Positions 39,001 to 53,040 are shown, counted from the first letter of the whole stretch. The stretch: DNA of 63,656 nt, filler included, from Octopus bimaculoides (GCF_001194135.2; 6 parts of 5 records of this genome joined end to end with filler, not necessarily neighbours in it), one strand, 5' to 3'. Program-made: numbers and translations. Notes: generated by a model from the letters alone, not told the origin.

Positions 39001-39557
39001 TGATTTAGTGAAATCACAAACAGGCTTTGTATATGACACATGCACTGTGGTAATAAGCAATAATATCATGTCAGGAATATCTCTTAAATTCCTAGCCAAA
39101 GTAAATGATTGATTACAATACTAAGGTGACATAATTAGCAGTGGATGTGGTTGTTTCAAAAGTATAGAAGAGAGGGTTGTCAGTCAATACTAATTGTTAA
39201 TGTTGTTGCTGCTGCTGTTATTGTCCTTACTGCTGCAACAGTAAATACTCCTATTACCTGATTACTTCAGATCTCCTGTAAGAATCATTTAACCATTTCA
39301 GGAAATCCACACCAAATAGGGAGGCCATTTGTTGGTACCTTAACCCACTAGAATTGGCATCCAAATCTACCCCAAATAATAACCTGTCCTCTTAAATAAG
39401 GAAGGACACATCTGATAAAGTAATACTAGATATGTTAATGTATATGATCATAGGTTTACTCCGTCTGATTAACAATGGATTAAACGTTAGGCCTAATAGC
39501 CAATTATTTACTTAAATCCTTAAGTGCTGTCAATACTTTGAACAGTAGGGAATTAAT

Positions 39558-39908
39558 GGACTCGCGGTCATAGGATCGCGGTTTCGATTCCCAGACCAAG
39601 CGTTGTGAGTGTTTATTGAGCGATAACACCTAAAGCTCCAAGAGGCTCTGGCAGGGGGTGGTGGTGAACCCTGCTGTACTCTTTCACCACAATCTTTCTC
39701 TCACTCTTACTTCCTGTTTCTGTCGTACCTGTAATTCAAAAGGTCAGCTTTGTCACACTGTGTCACGCTGAGTATCCCCGAGAACCACGTTAAGGGTACA
39801 CGTGTCTGTGGAGTGCTCAGCCACTTGCACGTTAATTTCATGAGCAGGCTGTTCCGTTGATCAGATCATCTGGAACCCTCCATGTCGTAAGCAACGGAGT
39901 GCCAACAA
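39558..39908 (+). mobile_element. tRNA-derived SINE (family C)
   Basis: B-box-like ggtttcgattccc. The 3' part cacgttaagggtacacgtgtctgtggag...gacggagtgccaacaa recurs at 51161-51290. Confidence 0.7.
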
Positions 39909-41433
39909 GTGTTTCGAAATTATTTTAGAAACCTAGAAAAGGGAACTTGAAGCATTGCATGAAATTTTATACCTGTATATAACAAAGCAAAAGATGTTTC
40001 TCATTGAACAGTTTTAATTCCAATGTTACAATAGTAAAAGAAATCATAATAATAATAATGCTTCGTCTTTTAAGGGTAGGATAGAGTCTAGAATGTGTTT
40101 CTTCATGTGAATCTGATGCGAATCAGATATCACTTGAATAATCCATTTTAACTAATATTTTTAGATGACAAGATATCTTTTCATAACAGCTATTTGAACC
40201 ATGATATATATAGAATTAAATGTACAACAAAAACTCCTACTGAAGATGTATGCTGTGAAGCCCTGATATANNNNNNNNNNNNNNNNNNNNNNNNNNNNNN
40301 NNNNNNNNNNNNNNNNNNNNNNNNNNNNNNNNNNNNNNNNNNNNNNNNNNNNNNNNNNNNNNNNNNNNNNNNNNNNNNNNNNNNNNNNNNNNNNNNNNNN
40401 NNNNNNNNNNNNNNNNNNNNNNNNNNNNNNNNNNNNNNNNNNNNNNNNNNNNNNNNNNNNNNNNNNNNNNNNNNNNNNNNNNNNNNNNNNNNNNNNNNNN
40501 NNNNNNNNNNNNNNNNNNNNNNNNNNNNNNNNNNNNNNNNNNNNNNNNNNNNNNNNNNNNNNNNNNNNNNNNNNNNNNNNNNNNNNNNNNNNNNNNNNNN
40601 NNNNNNNNNNNNNNNNNNNNNNNNNNNNNNNNNNNNNNNNNNNNNNNNNNNNNNNNNNNNNNNNNNNNNNNNNNNNNNNNNNNNNNNNNNNNNNNNNNNN
40701 NNNNNNNNNNNNNNNNNNNNNNNNNNNNNNNNNNNNNNNNNNNNNNNNNNNNNNNNNNNNNNNNNNNNNNNNNNNNNNNNNNNNNNNNNNNNNNNNNNNN
40801 TATATATATATATATATATATATATCAGATTAGCTGGCTGGTGGTGAATCCATTTTAGCAACTGAAACCCAAACCCTTGGTTAAAAGGCTGACTACAGCT
40901 ATACTATAAGATACCCAATCATCTGTATTATTTCTACATTTTCAGTGTGGGTTTGTTGTAGAAAAATCTAGAATTTGAAATGTGTAGTTCTCATTTACAT
41001 GGAAGATATGTTGGCTATATTGAACATATGAAATTTGATATAAATGTTGTTGTAGTTGTAGCTGTTGTTACTGTGATTTGTTGTTTTTGTTGTCGTTCAT
41101 CTAAAGCCAATATCATAATTAGTTTGCTTATCTGTACATATTTAATATTTCTTATATGGGATTATTTTTTTAATGTTTTATTTTTTTGTTCCAATGTGCT
41201 ACATATTTTAATTTAACAATTAAATTATACCTATTACTGAAGCAACAGTGATATAGATTGAAATCAGAAAGATAGACAGAAGGGTGAAAAACAGCTATAA
41301 AGAAATAACGAGAAGAGGACAAGATGAGGGTAAGAGAGAAGGAGATTGAGTGAATATTTTGTCTGTAAATTTTTTCTATGCTCACTTCAATTTTCTCATC
41401 GTACTTGAACAACTCTCTCTCTTTCTCATTCTC

Positions 41434-41482
<49 letters not shown>

Positions 41483-42225
41483 CTCTTTGTCATCATCATT
41501 TTCTTTCTCTGACTTTTTCTCTTTCCCTCCTTCTTTAATAGAATTTTCAAAGGCCACAGATTATCATGGAGTTAATTCACAGAGAAAAATATATTGGAAA
41601 AGAAACCTCTTAAAACTTCAAGAATTATTAATCCAACTTACATTCTGCAAAGCCATAGAAAATAGTTGTGCAGCTAAGAAGTTTGCTTCACAACCACATG
41701 GCTCTAAATCTAATCTCAATGCACAGAATCATGGGAAAAGTGTTCTTTACTNNNNNNNNNNNNNNNNNNNNNNNNNNNNNNNNNNNNNNNNNNNNNNNNN
41801 NNNNNNNNNNNNNNNNNNNNNNNNNNNNNNNNNNNNNNNNNNNNNNNNNNNNNNNNNNNNNNNNNNNNNNNNNNNNNNNNNNNNNNNNNNNNNNNNNNNN
41901 NNNNNNNNNNNNNNNNNNNNNNNNNNNNNNNNNNNNNNNNNNNNNNNNNNNNNNNNNNNNNNNNNNNNNNNNNNNNNNNNNNNNNNNNNNNNNNNNNNNN
42001 NNNNNNNNNNNNNNNNNNNNNNNNNNNNNNNNNNNNNNNNNNNNNNNNNNNNNNNNNNNNNNNNNNNNNNNNNNNNNNNNNNNNNNNNNNNNNNNNNNNN
42101 NNNNNNNNNNNNNNNNNNNNNNNNNNNNNNNNNNNNNNNNNNNNNNNNNNNNNNNNNNNNNNNNNNNNNNNNNNNNNNNNNNNNNNNNNNNNNNNNNNNN
42201 NNNNNNNNNNNNNNNNNNNNNNNNN

Positions 42226-42258
<33 letters not shown>

Positions 42259-42619
42259 TCTTTATCTTTTTCCTTTTTCTTGTTTCTATCATTAGACTGC
42301 TGCTGTTATACTAGGACACCGCCTTGAAGTACTTTTAGACGAATGAATTGTATTTATTTGTTTTCAAGCCTGATACTCATTGTTTTATCGGCCATGTTTT
42401 GCCAAACCGCTAGATTACGGGAAGTAAACTCACCAGAACCAGTTGTCAAGCAGTGGTGGGGGTCAAACTCAGACACACTTGCACACACATATAGGCACGC
42501 GCGTACACACACACATACACACACACTAACACACACACACACGCACACACACACACACACACTCACAATCTCTCTCTTTCACACGCACGCATGCACGCAC
42601 ACACGCGTGCCCTGACATA

Positions 42620-42885
42620 TGCGTATGTATATACAGATCAAAGGTCAATCCTGAGTGACAGGGCAGAGTGATACGGTTTCCCGTATTCTGTGGCGTACAT
42701 ATCTCTACCCAACACAGGATGCCAGTCCGTCGCAGAGTTAATCAGTTTTGCTGGCTGAAAGGACTGGAGAAGCATGAAGAAATGCTGTTTTGCTCAAGAA
42801 CACAAAGTATCACCTGGTCCAAGAATCAAAACCACGATCTTGCGGTCATGAGTGGAACACCGTAATCACTAAGCCACGTGGCTCC
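42620..42885 (-). mobile_element. SINE family B copy
   Basis: Reverse complement begins ggagccacgtggcttagtgattacggtgttccactcatgaccgcaagatcgtggttttgattc, a tRNA-like head as at 59005. Confidence 0.65.
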
Positions 42886-43663
42886 ATACATACACACACA
42901 CACACACATACACATATATAAAAGAAAAAATAAATAGAGTCAAAAGGAAGAGGGAGTGCGATTCGACAGCTGTTTCATGACCACTACACGTGATTCGGTA
43001 CAACATAGATCCACATATATACAGGATTTAAATTTAAATTAAGTAACAGTTTACCTGTATAGTAGGGCCTGTTTGTATCTCATTACGTGATATATAATCG
43101 CTGTCTCCGTAAGTAAATAGTTGATTTCGTTGCTATCACATCCAACTGGCTCCTTTGAATCTAGCAGACGCTGAACATTTCCTTTTAATTTTTCAGACAC
43201 GATGAATTCCTAAGCTTAGAATTGGTAGTATGCCATAATACTGCCGGGTATCTGGTAATTCTAAGGGGAACGAGCTCTATTTTGTACACTAATACATTTT
43301 TAACAGAATACACCTCAAGTCTCTATATATGTATATATATAAAGATATACGTTCATATATATTACGTATGGTATTATATATAGAAATATTTTTTATACAG
43401 GAAGATGGAGTGAACAGGCTTTATTATATTTTGTCATTAAAATTTGTTAATACTTTACTGATATTTGTAACGAATATTTGCGGATTTTCACATGTATATC
43501 CAATAACAGCGAAGTCTTATTGTATGATAACATTTGGTATCCGATATCTGGAGAGGAGCTTTGGAAAGCACACTATAAGTTTATTACCCAGATTATACTA
43601 AGGTATATTGTGTGTGTGTCTACAGACACGCACACACATATACAAAAATACATGCATGTATGC

Positions 43664-43728
<65 letters not shown>

Positions 43729-46249
43729 CATACACACACACACATATATATATGTGTGTGTACACACACATACATATGAATGGAAGTATATATGTAAATA
43801 TATGTGCATCGGTATATATATGCTTATACACACTCTCACACATGTATACATACACACAGATAGGAATATTTACATGCATACAAAGGGCACTTGACATATG
43901 TTACACAATAGTATTCTGTGTGAACAGTTCGTCACATAAGGATTTTAAAAAAAAACATTACATTTAGAAGCTAGTTCTCTCATATAAAAGTAATTTTCAA
44001 TGTCAGTACTACTTCACATTGATAGTTTGAGTTAATTCAAAATTGAATAATGCTCTCTTAGACATGGTACAATACCTACTAGTCTCAGTTTACTGAACTG
44101 AATAAATGGGTACTATTCTCAATTCACATGAGATTTTCTCAATGTTTCGAATACCATACAATTTTCTAATATATGGAAGCATTAGGAAAAATATTGATGT
44201 GTGTATGCACTTATATGTTGTGCATGTTAATATGCTTATATGCAAATGCCTGAGTATGAATATATAAATGTGTGTATATGTGTGTGTGAAAGAGAGAGGG
44301 GGAGGGAGGGAGAGAGAGAAGGTGTGTGTTAGAGTATTTAACTTTTTATGCCAAAGCAATGCAACTTATAAGAAATAATACGCGTCAATGGTTTGTACTT
44401 TTACCATGTACTTGAGTATTTTGGGGTGAGGGGTTCTCCAGGAAATCTTTGCAGAAACGATATTGTGAACTGACTTCTCTGTTCTATAGTATGTGAATAT
44501 GAGCTTATATAACTAGTGCTCAGGTACAATAGAACTCATCAGTAAATGGTAAAAGAGAGGCCAGAACACAGTAACAAGTCAAGAAGTAAAATGAATTAAG
44601 ACAGCTATGAAGCCCAAAGTGCATGCATAATACACTGAATTAAACACATGGAAACAGGAAAATGAACATTAACAGAGCCATGAGCAGGAAACGGGGCATA
44701 GGCATGTCAGCTGTAGTACTGTCGAATTTCTGAAAACAGGAAAATTTTGATGGATTCAATGCCCTGACAGCTAACCGCTGACACAGGTAGTTTCTTCCAT
44801 GCTTTACCAAATCTGAGAGAGAGAATTGTTTCTAAATTCATGGATGCTGTGCAAATTTTTATTTTATTTTATAAGCGTAATAATGGGGGGAAGATATAGA
44901 GAATTAAAAACAGTGGTCAAACTTTTTGTTCCACAGATTATAAATAATCTCAACTTCACAACTACACAATCAAGTATGAATATTTTGTTGAGAAGTTTAT
45001 TGTCCAACAACGCGGATTACAATTTCAGTCCCACTGGGGGTGACACATAGTGTCTTCATAAGCCAACCAAAGCGTAATATGCCATAGGAAGAAACTGTAA
45101 AGAATCGGACGTTTTGTGCGGTACTGCTATCAAAGAGGATAAAAAAGAAAAAAGAAAAGAACTGATAGGCATGAGAAAGAGAAGAAAAGTACGATACTTA
45201 AAAAAAGACGTATCTTCCCATGTCAGATGGCAGGGAGAATGATATAGAGGAAGTAAAATGGGACGAATACAAGTGGATTCACAATCCTGATCCCAGTGAG
45301 GTTAAATGGAGAAATGTTATGGAGGGAGAGAGAGAGAGAAAAAGAGAGGACATAACGAAAACGGTGAGAATAAAGCGTGGAAAGATCAAGTACGAGAGGG
45401 AAAATGAAAGGTGTAGTAAGGAACCCACAGTACCAGTGTTTATTTATTTGTTTGCTTGCTTGTTAGTGTGTGTGTGTGTGTGTGTGCACGCGCATATGTA
45501 GGACATGTGTGTGGTAAAATATGGATAACTGCACAATATATTTCTGTGGTGTTATGGTGTGAAGTATTTTGCGAATAGGATGGATGTATGATGTAGGTAG
45601 TGAATGCACGTGGTTTAATGGTTAGGTCGATAAATTAAGTACTAATTGCGTACTGGGGTTGACCTAATCGACTGGTCCCCTTACCCCTAAATTTCGGGCC
45701 TTGTGCCAAGAATAGAAAAAAACATTAGAATGGAAGGTGAGAAGTCAAATGGGCAAGGGTGAGCGGATGCGGTGGGTTAATGTAGAGAAGTGAGCGGAGG
45801 CATAGAAATTGTGAATATGGATTGGGAGAAATAAGTGTTTGGAGTAGAAATAGTTTAAGTCGAGGTAAGACTTGGAGTGGTTTCGTTTCTAGAAAACTGA
45901 TATGAAAAGAGCGAGAGATGTGGGTAATAAATAGTTGCAGGGATAGTAAACTCAAGGGTCAGGTGGAAGGAATTTATGACGTTGATGAAGGTTGTGAGTT
46001 GAGTATGAGTCATAAAGATGGTTCCGATGCTTTATCATACAGCTCAATGATATACATATAATCATACTTGTAGTGTAATATATGAACCCAAAGATTAGTA
46101 TGGCTGTCACAGAAATCACTGATAACAGACACAACTAACAAACTATATAGTTATCTAATACAGAGGAGTATAATGCAGAGTTCAAAGTAGCTGAAATCCA
46201 GGAGATCCTATTGATGAAACTTTCATAAGGAGTATATAAACCATAAACT

Positions 46250-47801
46250 ATCAAGAGGTATAAAAAACGAATATATTTATTTACCCACATGACATCCTTA
46301 CGATTACGATTGATTAGCAACCTTCTTCATGTAATAATAATTTATGTGTATGATAAATTGTATTTATATATTTGCACTAATATGAATGTCGAGAAATATA
46401 CAATACAAATGCATATTTACAAATCAATGCAAACAAAGACAGCTAGCTCATCAGATCAGCAGAACATGATAGTTAAATCAATGATTCGACTCTAAGTATA
46501 TATACAAATTTTTCTCTTATATATACAATACATGGAAGACCAACACTACTTAAATTAGCTTGGTATGATCAGTAAAAGCAAACACGTTTTTAATCATAAA
46601 GCATAAGGCAAGCGTCAAGTTTCTGCAGTTTGATATTGATAATTATTACATTTCCAGTTTCCTTATACTTCTAAACAAGGTTCTCGTCCTTACTGTGAAG
46701 AACTCTAATTTAACCAAAATGATATATATATCATTTTAACAACCAGGAGAACTATCATGAAATTTAATGATAAGTTTTCGACAAGAAAGGGTAGGAAAAA
46801 TAATTTCTATATTATTATGGAATCTAACATCTCTGTGCAAGTGACTGATTTTGTGGGCTTATACTTATATTGTATTAAAGATGACATGCAGAATCTTGAA
46901 GAGGTTCCTTATGGAGACGACGCTTTGCTAACTATACATAATTCTAATAATGCTGACTATGTTAGAACTAAGAAAAAAGCTTATTAGACACTTTAATAAT
47001 GTAGGTTTATCTATTACATTTGATTACAACTGTAAGATAGTTAACTTCCTATAGGTTACTCTAGATCCTAGTACATGCATCTTTAAACATTTCCATAAGC
47101 CAAATCAACATCTAACTTACGTTAATCGCTTTTCGAATCATCTAAGAGCCACAATACGTTCCACAATAAACAGTGGATCCCTTCGTATATCATTGCTCTC
47201 TGTTAACCAGAACATCATTGACCATAATGCTAGCTACTATTAAGAAGCTCTACTTAGGGTTGTTCGTATAGAAAAAAATTGTATGTCGCCTAAAATCCTA
47301 CGATTTATCAACTTCTACTAATCACGCGAAATCATCTGTTGGATGTGTTAATGTAATTAAAACTAATTCTAATAGAATTAATAATATAGTTAGAAAAATT
47401 TTAAGTATAGACACTAAAAACATGCAAAACCGTACTTCAACTGTCGGAAGGACGATGAATAGTGCTAAATTTCGAAAACTGAATACCAATAAGTACCCTA
47501 ATAAATATAATAACAACAATTACAATAATATATTGTCTGGCACTAAGAAATTCAATAAAAATAATTTGAGCTTCCCCTGTGATATATTCAATATAACTGT
47601 GAATAACAATCAAACTTACAAAAATGACAAACGAAGTAAAAATACAAAAAAGCTGTGATTTGTCACAAAAAACACTTAGCACTAATTACTGTATTTATGT
47701 CATTAATGATGATAATAATGTTCATAAAAAGATCAATAATAGTAGTGATAGCAGTAGTAGGAGGAGGAGGGGGGAGGAGGGGTGATGGTGGTGGTTCTTT
47801 C

Positions 47802-47838
<37 letters not shown>

Positions 47839-48800
47839 TAATAATATTAACAACAACATTAATAGCCCTGTAGTTAAATCAGGTAAGATGATTGTAATTA
47901 ATTGCACTTATAACTAAACTACTGTAGACCCTACTATATCTAATGTGAATAAACCAAAAGATAAAAATAAAAATAGTTCGCATAGGAATATTTTCTTATG
48001 CAACTCTCCACCACTTCAATTTAAATGTTGCTTTTAATGTTTCTCAAAAATTTTTTCAAGCTTTAGATAGACTCTTCCCTAAATCTAGCCTGTATCATAA
48101 AATCTTTTTATATAGTTGAACTATTGTACTCTACTATGTCTAACATTGCTGAATATATAGGAAAATTTAAATATGGTATATTAAACTGTGCAACTTATAT
48201 GACTACAACAACTGATCATGCATCTAATACAACTTCTAGTAACCGACACAGCCGCTATACGGCAACTACTGAAAACAATCAACATACTGCTGTGATTGAT
48301 TCCAATAATAGTACTGTTAATGATGATCAAGCTGAGCTCATCATACCTACGAACAACATTGCTCTATGTATCACAGAGCTAAGCTTTGTCTGTATATCTG
48401 TCGTAATAAATCACTGTGTCCCATTAATAACAAGTGCCTTAGAAAATTACAGTGCATAGATCCTCTGTCACTACTTTTGGTAAAGAACATGTTTATATCG
48501 GTGAATCTTATTCATCATTAAAAATTTGCTGGAGTAGTCATAAATTTACATTTAGGCATAAAGATAAAGCTAAAAGTACATTTGTAACTAAATTTGTACA
48601 TTCACTCACAGTTAATTATATTGAATTTAAAATTGCTTGGTCTATGTGAGCAAGGTGGTGGTTCGTGTGGGTTCAGTGTATCTGAGGCATTCCGTACTAA
48701 CAAAATTAAATCAGCATGATGAATTAATTGCCAGCACCTTAGATACAAATCATTCCAATATACTAACTATACCTGACCTGGCACTTAATTACTCCTCCTA
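46250..48800 (+). mobile_element. Decayed near-full-length Penelope-like element (RT + GIY-YIG)
   Basis: In order: LGMISK; KFLQFDIDNYY; DFVGLYL..YGDDALL (YGDD 46910-46921); IVNFL.VTLD..FHKPN..YVN..SNH; RISLLS..YY.EAL; RNIF..N.PP..FPKS..HKIF; CICRNKSLCPINNKC; HVYIGES (48494-48502); HKFTFR..ST. Many stops and frameshifts. Confidence 0.85.
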
Positions 48801-49544
48801 CACTAATAAACTTTATTACCAAGATCGATCTAGCTAAGTATTTTCTTTCCTTGGATAACCATAAGTTTTGTCTCAGTTTAGTAACAGATAATGTATTAAA
48901 CCATATTCAGACATTCTGCTGTTTGTAAAATTACTTATTACCCCAGGCTATTATACCTATATTTAATGCATGAACTTTTTTTTTTTTACGTAATATTGAA
49001 GTTGTTACCTTCTAATGACTGCATGATTCTGTAATTCTACAGTTTGAAACAACTTTACACTCCTATTTGTATATATCTTAGACATTATTTCCTTCTTATC
49101 ATTAATGATTCATAATATTTACTTCTATAATCCAAACGGCAGATTCAATCTGCTAGAGTTGTTCACTTTTCAGTATTATGAACCGGTTATGTTTTTACAC
49201 TCATGTGTTTCTATATGAGCCGAGTATTTTTATGTCTATCTATATGTATGTATATATGTGTGTATATATTCTTCTATGCAAATATATGCATATATATACA
49301 AACAGGCATACACATACGTACAAATACGCTATACCATTCTCTCTCTATTCGGTATATATATATAGAGAGAGAGAGAGTGAGAGAGAGAGAGCTGTATAAA
49401 TGTGTGGATATGTATTTAGTTATGTATACTTAAATGACTATGTATGTGACGTATTTAAATTGTTTTATTTATTTATTTATTTATTTATGGGTTTCAGCCA
49501 AGTGGCTGTGGTCATGCTGGAGCACCACCGTGATTTTCTGTCTT

Positions 49545-49833
49545 TATGCTTTGCTCTCTTCACGTTCCTTGCATGGCTCTTCTCCTGCACCTGATATAGT
49601 CCAATCAAGAGTTTTGATGGCACATCTGGTGTATAAGAGAATTTGACATCGCTGCCCTAGACTGTATCTCATTTCGAGCCATTGGTTCGTCTGGTATCGT
49701 GGAGAGGAAAGCGTCGAGTTTTGTCTTGAAGACCTCCACATCCGTGTCTTGCAGGTCTCTCAAATGTTTTGGCAGGGCATTGAAGAGCTGAGATCCTCTG
49801 AAACCGAGGCTGCTGCAGTATCTTGTTCTTATG
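49545..49833 (-). mobile_element. CR1/L2-group LINE 3' end
   Basis: Minus-strand translation IRTRYCSSLGFRGSQLFNALPKHLRDLQDTDVEVFKTKLDAFLSTIPDEP...RAAMSNSLIHQ resembles CR1/L2 ORF2 C-termini. Confidence 0.7.
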
Positions 49834-49933
49834 NNNNNNNNNNNNNNNNNNNNNNNNNNNNNNNNNNNNNNNNNNNNTTAATTAATTAANNNNNNNNNNN
49901 NNNNNNNNNNNNNNNNNNNNNNNNNNNNNNNNN

Positions 49934-49975
<42 letters not shown>

Positions 49976-50674
49976 ACAGAGGTAGAGAGAGAGCGCGAGA
50001 GTGTTGCGTAGGAGAGTATATAACAACAATATCAAATACAGAAGATGTCAGGTAAATAGATTGAGTTGGAATGTAATTATATTGGTAGGTGGAGAGATTG
50101 GCAGATGTGTGTGTGTGTGTGCATGGCTATATTCGTGTGCGTTTATGTATGTATATATATATGTGTGCGTACGTGTGTGTAAAGAAACATAGCTGTGTAT
50201 ATGTCTATAATATACAGATACATTCTTACATTTGCGCGCACGCACACGCTCACATGTAAGTGTGTATATGAATGTACGTGCGCGGGTATGCATATGTTTA
50301 TATATAATCGTGTGTATAGAAGTGTATGTTTGTATTTGTATTATTATGTGACAAGACAACTTAGGCCCGCAATGGAAAATCACTTCACATTTCAATAAAG
50401 CATTTCTACCATTGAAGAGGTCGCTGCAATCTGTAATTTAACTGGTCGTTGATGACTTTCTGCTGGGCGTTGAAGAGAGATCTTCTGGGGAAAAGTTAAC
50501 GATGTACATCACGCCACAGAGCCACACGATTCCGCCCAGCTCCGCCCATATTTCAGTTGACCCTTTCATGTTTTGAAGTGGAACTTAATCATTTGTTTGT
50601 TGTGTAACATTTTTCTGTTTAAATATTGAGCTCAGAAGATTGGTGAAGTTTATCGACTGTGATAAGAGGGCGGA

Positions 50675-50743
<69 letters not shown>

Positions 50744-51160
50744 NNNNNNNNNNNNNNNNNNNNNNNNNNNNNNNNNNNNNNNNNNNNNNNNNNNNNNNNN
50801 NNNNNNNNNNNNNNNNNNNNNNNNNNNNNNNNNNNNNNNNNNNNNNNNNNNNNNNNNNNNNNNNNNNNNNNNNNNNNNNNNNNNNNNNNNNNNNNNNNNN
50901 NNNNNNNNNNNNNNNNNNNNNNNNNNNNNNNNNNNNNNNNNNNNNNNNNNNNNNNNNNNNNNNNNNNNNNNNNNNNNNNNNNNNNNNNNNNNNNNNNNNN
51001 NNNNNNNNNNNNNNNNNNNNNNNNNNNNNNNNNNNNNNNNNNNNNNNNNNNNNNNNNNNNNNNNNNNNNNNNNNNNNNNNNNNNNNNNNNNNNNNNNNNN
51101 NTATATATATATATACATATATACATAAACACATACTCATATATATATATATATATATTC

Positions 51161-51290
51161 ACACGTTAAGGGTACACGTGTCTGTGGAGTACTCAGCCAC
51201 TTACACGTTAATTTCACGAGCAGGCTGTTCCGTTGATCGGATCAACTGGAACCCTCGACCGTCGTAAGCGACGGAGTGCCAACAACAACA
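51161..51290 (+). mobile_element. SINE family C, 3' part
   Basis: Near-identical to 39786-39908; followed by (AAC)n. Confidence 0.75.
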
Positions 51291-52066
51291 ATATTATATC
51301 TTAGACACGTAACAACAACAACAGCAACACGAATAACAACAACAGCACTGACGGTTGCAAAGTGTAACCTTCTCTTTAACACCAAAGCATAACTCAACGT
51401 TCTACTCCGTAGCTGACTCGCTACAAAACTCTTCAGCGCTGGAGGACTACTCCACCCAAATCCCCTTCAGGTATTTTACGTAACAAACATATAGAGCAGG
51501 TTACAATTGACTGATGGGCCACTATTCAATCATTAATCCTCAACATAACGACGTCGTCATTGTCGATGTTTGGCGCCAACATGCTAGTATTCTCCCTTCG
51601 TTCGGAAGCTAAGACGGCGGAGATTTTAAACCATTAATGGATGTAGGAATTCTCTCGCCTCAAACTAATATAAAGGATTAATACGGAAATACGTGAAGCA
51701 GCTTTAATAAAAACGAAGATTAAACTCGAACGCATCTTTGAATGGAGAGTCGTTTTGTGCGCGTGCCTGCGTGTATGTGTAAGTGTGTATGTATGTGTGT
51801 ATATGTGTGTATGTGCGTGCATGTGTGTATATGTGTGTAAGCGTGTGTGTGTGTTCGTGTATGCGTGTGTGTGTGATTACGTATGTGTGTGTGTGTAATA
51901 TCCAGACACACGGAAATACACTGAATGTGTTCTACAACTAATTGGAAATTTGTTGAGGCTATGATCGTGTGTGTACGTGTGTGTACATGTGTGTACATGT
52001 GTGTACATGTGTGTGTATGTGTGTAGATACACACACTTATACATACACATATGTATGTGTACTTTC

Positions 52067-52098
<32 letters not shown>

Positions 52099-52929
52099 NN
52101 NNNNNNNNNNNNNNNNNNNNNNNNNNNNNNNNNNNNNNNNNNNNNNNNNNNNNNNNNNNNNNNNNNNNNNNNNNNNNCGTGTATGTGTACACGTGTGAGT
52201 ATATGCTTGTATTTGAGAGGAGGGTGTGTACGAGTGAGTAAATGTTTGTGTTGTGTGTGTGTGTGTATATATGTATATGTGTGCCTGTACCTGTGAGTTT
52301 ACATATGTGTATATATTTGTATGCGTGTCTGTTCACGCTTGCATATGTGTATTTTAGTGTGTGTGTGTGTGTATGAATATGAATTTGTTTGTGCGCGTAT
52401 ATGTGTGCGTGTGTGTGTGTGTGTGTGACTGTGTATATACTGAGGTAACTACACAAATACAAGAATGTAATAATTAATTTGTATGTTTTCTTTCGTTGGT
52501 TCCACCATACATTTACCTGTACTGACATACGAGTAAACTCAGACATTTATCTAGGCATCATCTACCCATCTCATACGTATGTGCGTGTATTTATATATAT
52601 ATATATACACATATCCCTTACACATACTCTTTTTACTCGGGAACTAGTAGACCCAACACCGTTTGGTAATCGGTGCACATTAAAAGCCAGTGAACAATAA
52701 TTGACGAAACCGGTATGACCTTGAATCCCTTTAACAATTCATAATATTGACTTTTATTCCTCTTAATTCTGCCTCAGTTCATCTAATTGTATATATTTAT
52801 CGTTACTTTTCAAAGAAAAGCCTTTATTTTTTTTATATCCAATTTCGCTTTTTGCTTTTTTCGCTTTTTTCGCTTTTTTCGCTTTTTTCTTCTTACTTTC
52901 GCTATATCTTTTCCACGTGTAGTTTCTAT

Positions 52930-52972
<43 letters not shown>

Positions 52973-52994
52973 TTATATTAAATCTCGGTGATTA

Positions 52995-53040
52995 ACACAC
53001 GCTGAGGACGGTAACCATCCAGAAACTCGAGTCCGTATGT
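52995..53040 (+). ncRNA. Type I hammerhead ribozyme (GUC site)
   Basis: Stem I acacacg/cgtatgt (6 of 7 pairs); core CUGAGGA 53002-53008; short stem II (cgg...cca, first pair C-A); GAAAC 53022-53026; palindromic stem III ACUCGAGU; GUC 53031-53033. Confidence 0.7.

Noticed and set aside
40239-40270. CTGAAGATG just before a gap
   Set aside because: The downstream half lies in Ns; cannot be evaluated.
43210-43266. Small branched hairpin (cttagaatt/aattctaag enclosing ggtagtat/atactgcc)
   Set aside because: Short AT-rich stems with no known motif; plausible by chance.
43478-43967. YIYI/HTHT/CVCV/ERER-rich ORFs here and elsewhere
   Set aside because: Translations of (TA)n, (CA)n and (GA)n microsatellites.
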